A stretch of 61,171 nt of DNA from Octopus bimaculoides (Eukaryota). Location: positions 51,772,651 through 51,833,821 of the forward strand of contig NC_068985.1 of the NCBI RefSeq assembly GCF_001194135.2, read 5' to 3'. Under the pieces are notes generated by a model. The model was not told where the DNA came from and made no database searches. It saw only the letters and a program-made list of their open reading frames with translations. The translations under genes and the position numbers were made by a program. Below are positions 50,564-61,171 of this stretch, piece by piece (position 1 is the first letter of the stretch; each line of letters starts with the position of its first letter).

Positions 50564-51734
50564 AACAACACACAAGATGAGGACAAATATCTGTCAATTA
50601 TAAATAATGTACATAATTCCTCATCTCTTAAATATAGAACTGTAAAATAGCTTTGTCATTACTAAGCTGGTTTTTTGAAGATAAATTAAGATGAAAATTT
50701 GATGGACAGTTTTAATTGAGCTCACTTAAAAACAGGAAGTTTGTATCATAGAACCAGAGGTGATCTCTGGTGGGTTGGTATAAAAAGGGTTAAATTGTAT
50801 CTTCAAATTATAGTCATTTCATTTATTAATGACAATAGTGATGCGAGACTATCTAATTCAATGCAGAACCAATATCTCAAGGAATTTCCTTCATAAGGCA
50901 CTAGTTTTCCTTGTTTCCGTGCCGATGTTTATGTCTAATGTTGAAGTATATCACTGTAAGGCATAGCTGTGTGGTTAAGAAGTTTGCTTCCTAACCACAT
51001 GGTTTGAAGTTCAGTTCCACTGTGTAGCATCTTGAGCAAGTGTCTTTTACTGTAGCCCTGGGCCAACTTGTGAGTGGCTTTGGTAGAGAGAAACTTGATA
51101 GAAGCCTGTTGTGTGTGTGAGTGAGTGCATGTTTGTGTCTCCTTGACCTGACATTGTCTGATAGACTGTCATACAAGTTGTGCCATTCATCATCATCATC
51201 ATCGTTGTTGTTATCATCGTCATCATTTAGCATCTGCTTTCCATGTTGGCATGAGGTAAACAGTTTAACTGAAACTGGTTAGCTGTAGGGCTACACCAGG
51301 TTCCAATCTGATTTGGCATGGTTTCTATGGCTGGATGCCCTTCCTAATGTCAACCACTTCAAGAGTGTAGTGGGTGCTTTTTACGTGCCATTCTGCAAAA
51401 ACTTGTCTGGCCATGGGGAAACAGTTGAGAGCTGGTGACAGGAAGGGCCATAGAAAATCTGTCTCAATAAACTCTGTATATATGATAGGCTTCTTTATAG
51501 TTTCTGTTTATCAAATTCCACCCATTAATTAATAGTCCACCTGATCCATTAAAGAAGACAATTCAGTTTCAACCAAGCTGCTGTGTAGTGGGATTGAACC
51601 CAAAACTATAGGTTACAAAATAAATTTCTTAACAACACAACCATGCCTTACTTAACTGATATTTATTTTATCGACCATCTTTACAAAGATAAAAGACAAC
51701 ATCCATCTCAGTTGTGGATTTGAATTACGAACCA

Positions 51735-52300
51735 AATCTGACGACTGGCACCCATGCCAACCTCTCCTACATTGGACACTAAACTCTGCTTGCGAAGACC
51801 TGTTGGGGCAAGTGAAATCGTAATTGAACCATACTCAATGACTGGCACCTGTGCCAGTGGAGCACTAACAGCACTGTTCGAGCGTGTTCATTGCCAGAGC
51901 AGCTGTCTGGCTTCTGTGCTAGTGGCCCGTAAATAGCACCATTTGAGCGTAATCGTTACCAGTGTTGCCTTCTAACACTTGTGCTGGTGGTACGTTAGAA
52001 AATCATTCGAGCGAGGTCATTGCCAGTGCCGCTGGACTGGCTCCCATGCAGGTGGCACGTAAAAAAACACCTTTTTGAGTGTGGCTGTTGCCAGTACCAT
52101 GTGACTGGCCCTCGTGCCGGTGGCACGTAAAAGCACCCACTACACTCTCGGAGTGGTTGGTGTTAGGAAGGGCATCCAGCTGTAGAAACTCTGCCAGATC
52201 AGATTGGAGCCTGGTGCAGCCTTCTGGCTTGTCAGTCCTCAGTCAAATCGTCCAACCCATGCTAGCATGGAAAGCGGACGTTAAACGATGATGATGATGA
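51735..52300 (+). mobile_element. GAT-tailed RTE 3'-UTR copy with internal repeats
   Basis: Same family as 29093 and 33975; ends ggacgttaaacgatgatgatg. Confidence 0.7.
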
Positions 52301-52799
52301 ATGTAATAGTCCATTACTAAATACTGTATACTGTTTTATCCATTGTTCTCTTGATTTTGTTAATGCAATGATATTGACAAGGTGCAGAGCTGGCAGAATT
52401 GTTTGCACATTGGGCGAAATGCTCAGCAACATTTCTTCTGGCTCTTTACTGAGTTCAACTCCCACAGAAACAAACTTTGCTTTTCGTTCCTTTGGGGTTG
52501 ATAACTTAAGAGACTAGTCAAGTATTGTGATCAATATAATCAACTTTGCCCACCTCAAAATTGTTAGTATTGAACTCTACAATGGTTTTGTTGTAGGGAG
52601 TCAATGCCAGCATCCTGCTCAGAAGGAATGTTGTGGTCACACACCATAGAAACTGACTAACCAGCCTGATGAGACCTAGTATTCAAAAGAGAGAGAGAGA
52701 GAAATAAATGATACTGGTAGGGTTTGATAACATTATGTAGTTTGTAGAAGTAACTAATTTTTTAATTGTGAGCATGTTAACCCTTTAGTGCAAGGATTT

Positions 52800-54070
52800 T
52801 CAGCCAGAGTCCATATGGCCCTGGGAAGGTCCATATAAAATTTTGTTAAAATTTGTGTGCAATAAGTTAGTTATACTTCTACAATGCGGAGGCGCAATGG
52901 CCCAGTGGTTAGGGCAGCGGACTCGCAGTCATAGGATCGCGGTTTCGATTTCCAGACTGGGCGTTGTGAGTGTTTATTGAGAGTAAACACCTAAAGCTCC
53001 ATGAAGTTCCGGCAGGGGATGGTGGCGAACCCTGCTGTACTCTTTCACCACAACTTTCTCTCACTCTTACTTCCTGTTTCTGTTGTGCCTGTAATTCAAA
53101 GGGTCAGCCTTGTCACACTGTGTCACGCTGAATATCCCCGAGAACTATGTTAAGGGTACACGTGTCTGTGGAGTGCTCAGCCACTTGCATGTTAATTTCA
53201 TGAGCAGGCTGTTCCGTTGATCGGATCAATTGGAACCCTCGACGTCGTAAGTGACGGAGTGCCAACAACAACAATTTATAAAATGCACAAAATATTTCAA
53301 TTCTTTTTTATACAATTCTTAATAATATTTATTAGGAACAAAGAGCTAATATGAAATTCTGCGTTAAACTCAGGAATTCTGCTACAGAGACATTAAGCAT
53401 GCTTTGGCAAGTTTATGGTGATGCGGCAATGGATCGTCCACAATGTTTCAAGTGGTATGGGCACTTCAAAAGTGGAAGAATGTCCCTGGAAGACCTGCCA
53501 TGAGCGTTACCTCCAGAAATGCGGAATGGTGCATTGAGAATTTGTATCCCAGGGCCAGAACGTCAATCGAAAATTCTACTGCGATGTTTTGAAGTGTTTG
53601 AGGGGGTACATTTGGTGAAAGTGACTGAATCTGTAGAGTGTGAAGAATTGGATCCTTCATTAAGCTCTCCTCACTTGTGAGTTTCTTGCCAAAAACATGG
53701 TATTGCTTCCCTACCTGCCCTATTCACCAGATTTAGCACCTGTGGACTTCCATTTCTTCTCCAAGATGAAAATGCAGCTGGAAGGTTGCTGTTTTAACAC
53801 TGTTGTCAAACTCCAGAGTGAATCACCGAAGGTCCTCAACTCATGGAAAACGACTTCCAGGCCCGATTCCTAAAGTGGCAGGAACACTGGAACTGGTGTA
53901 TTGCTACACAAGGTGACTATTTCAAAGGAGATTATGTTAAAACTTAGATAAACAAGTTATTTTTTTTATTAAATGTAACTAGTCCAGGAACCTTTTGATA
54001 CCATGTCGTATTCAGTAGAGTAAAATAGGAATCAAAAGTGGTCTATGAGCAAAAAATGGTTGAGAACCGC
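52800..54070. mobile_element. hAT MITE split by SINE C (52888-53274) and a mariner remnant (~53350-54008)
   Basis: Outer segments match the 11279 MITE and end ggttgagaaccgc. The inner SINE C is full length, and the mariner 3' TIR ends ...gataccatgtcg|TA. Confidence 0.7.
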
Positions 54071-54749
54071 AGCTTTAGCATTTAATCTGGCCATATCTGG
54101 TCCTAGTATTTTATTTATTTTATGTCTAAACTGACCTGATCCAGCCTCTTACACATATCTTACAATGTCATTCTAAAATTAAACAACCACATCATCAAAA
54201 CCTTAAGATAATATGTGATAATGTTATGAGATAATGCATGATTAATTCAAAAACAATGGGAATAAATATTCATTTGACCGTAATCTGAATGCTTAAGGGT
54301 TAAAGTATAATGTGTCTATTCTCTGTCACTTATCGCTGAAGGTAGAGATTGTTGCACACACGCATGTATATATATTCTTTTGCTTTCTTTTATTCTTTTA
54401 CTTATTTCGGTCATTAGACTGTGGCCATGCTGGAGCACCGCCTTGGAGAATGATAGTCAAATGAATTGACCCCAGTACTTTTTTTTATCTTTTAAGCCTG
54501 GTGCTTATTCTGTTATCTTTTGCTAAACTTATAAGTTATGGGGAACGTAAACATGTCAACACGTGAGACACACACTATAGCCTGCCCAAGATGCCATGCA
54601 GTAGGATTGAACCTGAAACTATGTGCGTGGGAAGCAAGCTTCTTATCATATAGCAATTCCTGTGCTTATACATACATATATATGCACATACACATGTGTA
54701 TGTTTGTATAAACAGCAATGTAGGTATTTCCTAACACCCTAGTCACATT

Positions 54750-54779
<30 letters not shown>

Positions 54780-54780
<1 letters not shown>

Positions 54781-55410
54781 ATATATTCTTTTACTTGTTT
54801 CAGTTATTTGACTGTGACCATGCTGGAGCACCGCCTTCAGTCGAACAAATCGACCCCAGGACTTACTCTTTGTAAGCCTAATACTTGTTCTATCGGTCTC
54901 TTTTGCTGAACTGCTAAGTTATGGGGATATAAACACACCAGCATCAGTTGTTAAGTAATGGTAGGGAGACAAAGGCGGTAAACCGGCAGAATCGTTAGCA
55001 CGTCGGGCGAAATGCTTAGCAGTATTTCGTGTGCTGTTACGTTCTGAGTTCAAACTCTGCCGAGGTCGACTTTGCCTTTCATCCTTTCGGGATCGATTAA
55101 ATAAGTGCCAGTTACGCACTGGGGTCGATGTAATCGACTTAACTTTATCTGTCCTTGTTTGTCCCCTCTATGTTTAACCCCCTGTGTGCAATAAAGAAAT
55201 AAATGGTGGCAAGACAAACACAGACACACGAATACACACACACACATATATGACGGGCTTCTTTCAGTTTTCGTCTACCAAATCCACTCACAAGTCTTTG
55301 GTCAGCCCAAGGCTGTAATAGAAGACACTTGCCCAAGGTGCCACGCAGTGGGACTGAACCCGGAACCATGTGGTTGGGAAGCAAGCTTCTTACCACACAG
55401 CCACACCTGC
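54780..55410 (-). mobile_element. tRNA-SINE family B hosting a SINE A copy (54974-55205, plus strand)
   Basis: Family B tail and head flank a CpG-rich family A copy. Confidence 0.7.
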
Positions 55411-56406
55411 ACCTTTGCTGATGCCATGTAAAAGGTACCCAGTACACTAAAGGGGTTGGCATTGGGAGGGCATCCAACTGTAGAAATCATGCCAAAGCAG
55501 GCATTGATGCTTGGCACAGTCTTCTGCCTCACCAGCTCCTCTCAAACTGTTCAACATTTGCCAGCATGGAAAATGAACATTGAGTGGTGATGATAATATG
55601 GGGTAATAATTCCCCATACTGACTTTTGCATAACTTCTGTCTCATTTGCAAATTTTTGGCTAACCCCCATACTATGCTTGCATACACACACTGAATATGT
55701 AATATAGTGGAATTGAACCCAGAACTGTGTAATCGCCCAGCTGCAAAGCTGTCTTCCTAACCATATAACCAGTCTTGCTGTTCATGTTTCATGTTTCATG
55801 TTGAATTATGCAATATCTGGTTTTATGCAATATATGGCTGTTACATTGTTTGTCATCATCATTGTAACGCTTACTTTTCTCTGCTTTCATTGGTCGAACA
55901 AAATTTATTGTGGTGTATTGTCGAGAGCCGTGAAGGCATGTGGCTTAGTGGTTAGGGTGTTCAGCTCATGATCGTAAGGTCACGAGTTTGATTCCCGTTG
56001 GCGCATTGTGTCCTTGAGCAAGACACTTTATTTCATGTTGCTCCCGTCGACTCAGCTGGTGAAAAGGAGTAGTACCTGGATTTTAAAGGGCCAGTCTTGT
56101 CAGACTCGGTGTCATGCTGAATCTCCCTGAGAGCAATGTTAAGGGTACACATGCCTGTGGCGTGCTCTTGCATGTTAATTTCACGAGCTGGAACCCTCAT
56201 CATCATAACTAAGTGGCATATGTATGTGTATATATATATATCATCATCATCATCATCGTTTAACGTCCGCTTTCCATGCTAGCATGGGTTGGACGATTTG
56301 ACTGAGGACTGGTGCAACCGGATGGCTACACCAGGCTCCAATCTAATTTGGCAGAGTTTCTACAGCTGGATGCCCTTCCTAACGCCAACCACTCAGAGAG
56401 TATATG

Positions 56407-56457
<51 letters not shown>

Positions 56458-58108
56458 CCAAAAAATAGAACAAGAATGTAACGGATGACAGTGAAAACAT
56501 ACAGACAGATGAACAGAAAAACCAGGACGGAATGTTTGTGGCTTTCTATTCATCAGTCAAGCTTCCAATCATCATTACAATTTTGGCCTGTTACACTTGA
56601 GACTGTTCAAAATTAGTAGGCCCCAAAAATCTAAGCTGAGGGCATTAAATTATATATATATATATATTCTACAGCTAGATGCCCTTCCTGTTGCCAACTC
56701 TCACTTGTTTTGAAGTAAGGTAATATTTCCCCGTAACCAGGCACGTTTTTACATAGATAATTTGAAATGAATAACATTGTTTGTATGACAGTAAAGCTCA
56801 TTGCTTGTTTAGAACCACTATGTGATGTCAAAACAAGGATATATGCAAACGTACACACACATATACATACATATATGACCTGTCCACATAACTGCTGACA
56901 TACTGTGAGCAATTCATTAGTTTGTGCTAAAATTTGCCACTCTGCAGGCTGGTTGGTGTTAGGAAGGGCATCCAGCTGTAAAAACCATGCCGAAACAAGA
57001 CGCAATAACCTGCAGTAGTTTTCTACCTGGCTGGCTCTTGTCAAACTGTCCAACCCATGCCTGCATGGAAGGTGGACGTTAAACGATGATGATGATGATG
57101 ATTACTCTAGATGTGTCTAAGTACCCTTTCCTCTTTGTAGTTCTTTATTGTTCCCTTTTCTGTCTTGTGCCTTATTCTGTGTATTGGGCATGTACTTCTA
57201 ACTTCCATTGCTGTCTTTCTTCACTTGACTTATGTATCTTTCTGTCCCTTTTTTAAAACTTTTCCTGTCCCAAGTTGCAATGCACCTGAGTCATGTATAT
57301 AAGTTCATTGTCATCATCATCAATACCAAATAGCTGTTGGTGGTGGCCACACGTTCTCTTCTGCATTTAAATTACCGAAATTGGTTTTTGTTATTGCTTA
57401 TATCTAGTTAATTCTGTTTAAGAAGACATGTTATCAAAGACATTCCAACCGGAACCATCCCTTGGAATATTTCATCCATAGCAGCATTATCTGACAAGTC
57501 TTTAATTACTAAGACAATAGGGTGTCATTTTAGAACAAGCCAAGTGACTGCATAGTGACTCCTAAATAGATAGCTTTCAGAGGAAGACTTCTTTACCGAA
57601 GCCTAGAAAAAAAATAAAACAAAGAAGAAACCCCTTCTATAATACATAGCACAACAAGTTACCTGTTAGCTTGTTGTTCTGATCCAAAATTCTCACCTGT
57701 GCTACTTAAAAAGAGATAGCTTATATTCTACTATAAGTTAATAAGGTAATCACCAATTTATTGATAGTATCATCAATGGTGTTGCAAAGAAAATAATTGA
57801 CTACGTTTAACAGTAGCCTATACCTACACATGAAATAAATTATATGAACACACACACACACACGCACATGTACACACAAAATATATATCTTAGTTTTAAC
57901 TTTGTGGTCAAAACAGCTGGTTGTGGTGATGATGCTGTTGTATTTGTTTTTAACAATTCTTTGTTTACAGACTTCCATCTTGTGTTGACACATGAGCTTA
58001 ATATATTTAATAATGACTTTGAGGCTTGAAACTGACAGACATTAATTATTTCTCTTTGTTAAGTGTTCGTAAATGTCATAATACAACTAATATTTGAATA
58101 GTAATCTA

Positions 58109-58139
<31 letters not shown>

Positions 58140-58365
58140 NNNNNNNNNNNNNNNNNNNNNNNNNNNNNNNNNNNNNNNNNNNNNNNNNNNNNNNNNNNNN
58201 NNNNNNNNNNNNNNNNNNNNNNNNNNNNNNNNNNNNNNNNNNNNNNNNNNNNNNNNNNNNNNNNNNNNNNNNNNNNNNNNNNNNNNNNNNNNNNNNNNNN
58301 NNNNNNNNNNNNNNNNNNNNNNNNNNNNNNNNNNNNNNNNNNNNNNNNNNNNNNNNNNNNNNNNN

Positions 58366-58688
58366 GGTCGCACATAAAATACACCATTTTGAGCGTGGCC
58401 ATTGCCAGTGCCCCTGGACTGGCTCTTGTGTGGGTGGCACATAAAATACACAATTTTGAGCATGGCCGTTGCCAGTACCGCCTGACTGGCCTTCGTGCGG
58501 GTGACACGTAAAAGCACCCACTACACTCTCTGAGTGGTTGGCGTTAGGAAGGGCATCCAGATGTAGAAACTCTGCCAAATCAGACTGGAGCCAGGTGTTG
58601 CTATCCGGTTTCACCAGTCCTCAGTCAAATCGTCCAACCCATGCTAGCATGGAAAGCGGACGTTAAACGATGATGATGATGATGATGA
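58366..58688 (+). mobile_element. Young GAT-tailed RTE 3'-UTR copy adjoining a gap
   Basis: Nearly the same sequence as 21080-21350. Confidence 0.7.
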
Positions 58689-58938
58689 TATATATATATA
58701 TATGTGTGTGTGAATTGACCCCAGTGCTTATATATATATATTTTAAAGCCTGGTACTTATTTTATTGGTCTCTTCTGCTGAACCACTAAGCTATGAAGTA
58801 AACACTCCAACACCAGTGGTGGGGAACATACACAGACACACACACACACACAAACAAACAGACACACAAGAAGCTTTCAGTTTCCATCGACCAAATCTAC
58901 TCACAAGGTTATAGTAGAAGACACTTGCCCAAGGTGTC

Positions 58939-58981
<43 letters not shown>

Positions 58982-59688
58982 TTGAAGTTAAGCAACAAAA
59001 ATTCAATAGGTTGTAGCAGTACGTACGTTTCGTACAAGCTCCATTTATTCATGTAGTGATAACACTACAGAAAATACAATGANNNNNNNNNNNNNNNNNN
59101 NNNNNNNNNNNNNNNNNNNNNNNNNNNNNNNNNNNNNNNNNNNNNNNNNNNNNNNNNNNNNNNNNNNNNNNNNNNNNNNNNNNNNNNNNNNNNNNNNNNN
59201 NNNNNNNNNNNNNNNNNNNNNNNNNNNNNNNNNNNNNNNNNNNNNNNNNNNNNNNNNNNNNNNNNNNNNNNNNNNNNNNNNNNNNNNNNNNNNNNNNNNN
59301 NNNNNNNNNNNNNNNNNNNNNNNNNNNNNNNNNNNNNNNNNNNNNNNNNNNNNNNNNNNNNNNNNNNNNNNNNNNNNNNNNNNNNNNNNNNNNNNNNNNN
59401 NNNNNNNNNNNNNNNNNNNNNNNNNNNNNNNNNNNNNNNNNNNNNNNNNNNNNNNNNNNNNNNNNNNNNNNNNNNNNNNNNNNNNNNNNNNNNNNNNNNN
59501 NNNNNNNNNNNNNNNNNNNNNNNNNNNNNNNNNNNNNNNNNNNNNNNNNNNNNNNNNNNNNNNNNNNNNNNNNAAAATGTTTGAGGCACCAGAATTTGGT
59601 AGGATAAAAACCAAAAACAAAATCAAGAGATTTGGTGAATAAAATTTGAAGTTAAGCAACAAAATTCAATAGGTTAGCTGAGGAGTAC

Positions 59689-59727
<39 letters not shown>

Positions 59728-60119
59728 CTATGTTGGACCACTAAACTCTACACAGTTTTTTTGTCTCTACGTTTTTTGCATTTTCTCTCCATTTTTTTCT
59801 CTTATTCCTTTCTATTGAAGAGCATAGGCTCAAAACGTAAAATACTTTTCCATATTTCCCAGGCGTTAAATTAATACACCTGCTTATTGTTCCTACACCT
59901 GTCTTCCTCTTTTGTTTTCCTGTAAATTTGAACTATATACACACACACACACACACTAGCATACCCATGTCATCAAAAATGCTGAAAAATGATAGAAAAT
60001 CCACACCAAAACTTTAGGAAAATCTATTGATAAATATCAGTAGTTAAGTAAATATATGTACATACACAGAATTAGAATGCTTGAACAATCAAATACAATA
60101 TATGACGACTCAGTTGAAA

Positions 60120-60123
60120 ATAT

Positions 60124-60165
<42 letters not shown>

Positions 60166-60926
60166 CAAATACATATATATTTATATATACATATGCACAC
60201 ACATATATATATATACATATATATGCTTGTGTATATACATATATATACATATAATGTGTATATATATGTGTGTGTATGTATATATATATGTGTGTACATA
60301 TGTATATATGTAAATATACATATATGTGTGTATGTGTAAATATATATGTATATATCTGTATATATGTGTATGTGTTGTCAGACAACATATGAGGGTTCGG
60401 TAATTTCTCGCTGAATAATCACACAGATGATTTGTTTATTAGTGATCAAATGTTTGTGTTGACATAAGCTCACTCCTTCCATCAAATCAACATTACCTGT
60501 GCAGGTGCACTGTGTGCCACATATCAAACGATGAAATGATTGCAGAACAATGTGAAATGAAGTGCTTTGCTCAAGAACTCAATGCAACATCCAGTCTGGG
60601 AATCGAAACCACAATCTCACAATTGTGATTGCAACACCCTAACCACTAAGCCATGCACCTTCACATATATGTATGTATGTATGTGTGTGTGTGTGTGTGT
60701 ATAATCCACTTTTCTATGCTCACATGGTTCAGACAGATACCCTTCCTAGCACCAAGCCTTACTTGTTCTAAGGAAGGTAGTATTTTAACATGCCCACACA
60801 CTTGCTTACAACCAGCACATGATGTCAAAGCAAGGAAACAGTAAAACATACACATGCACACATGCATGTGCATGCATACAAGCACACATACACATGAATA
60901 TATGTATACATATATGTGTATATATG

Positions 60927-60958
<32 letters not shown>

Positions 60959-61030
60959 GTGTATATGTACTGTATATATATGTGTGGTGTATGTGTGTAT
61001 ACACGCATACATAATGTAAATGTAGGGATA
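60120..61030. repeat. Compound (CA)/(TA)/(TG) microsatellite region
   Basis: Direct reading. Confidence 0.85.
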
Positions 61031-61171
61031 AGCAAGTTAGGCAGATTTACTTCTACACTGCATTTATTTCTGTACCCACTGAAGTTTAAATCTCTAGAGC
61101 ACTATTATGTGTATTCTATATGGAGAATATCTGATTCTCACCTATAAACTATGTATATATATATATATATA

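Larger units (their letters stand above)
49430..50642 (-). mobile_element. 5'-truncated Penelope-like element (RT end + GIY-YIG) with inverted pLTR copy and 12-bp TSD
   Basis: LDVLITRT..SVYHKPTFTG*YLNFNSHH (50300-50480), then ORF 50332-49706 with LPYVKGLSE, YSIPCSC, EEHRKAV, DIADH and KEAAH. Inverted arms 49430-49535 / 50506-50614. TSD taaaatagcttt at 49418-49429 and 50643-50654. Confidence 0.9.

Noticed and set aside
57972-58029. Possible terminal exon tttacag|ACTTCCATC...DFHLVLTHELNIFNNDFEA*
   Set aside because: Plausible acceptor but no recognisable homology or partner exons.
59012-59062. Minus-strand CGAAAC-GUAC-GUA with a perfect ACGTACGT palindrome, hammerhead-like
   Set aside because: No CUGANGA at the required position; only half a core.
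58979-59680. ~32-bp direct repeat (tttgaagttaagcaacaaaattcaataggtt) on both sides of the 491-N gap
   Set aside because: It cannot be distinguished from a scaffolding overlap or a repeat hidden in the gap.

Overview
AT-rich animal genomic DNA with 8 N-gaps, abundant microsatellites and several tRNA-derived SINE families. The repeat style suggests a cephalopod such as Octopus (inference). There is no prokaryotic content and no CRISPR array. Genes: (1) a complete two-exon FIBP on the minus strand (38842-38631 joined to 27307-26416, 367 aa, 11.3-kb intron); (2) a head-to-head, intact 574-aa pogo/Tigger-type protein (HTH + DDE_1 + C-terminal PHD finger, 40883-42607) whose catalytic triad reads N-D35-E instead of D-D35-D, a candidate domesticated transposase; (3) an isolated prolyl-oligopeptidase (PREP)-like exon on the plus strand inside the FIBP intron, missed by the ORF track. 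The rest is layered mobile DNA: RTE LINE insertions with TSDs and odd 5' rearrangements, mariner, hAT and piggyBac-like MITEs, SINEs, and Penelope-like elements (PLEs). Two PLE insertions have inverted termini, each arm carrying a minimal hammerhead-ribozyme motif; one also carries a tRNA-like Pol III head upstream of its ribozyme. All motif and homology calls were made by eye and from memory, and repeat boundaries are approximate unless a TSD or TIR is quoted.
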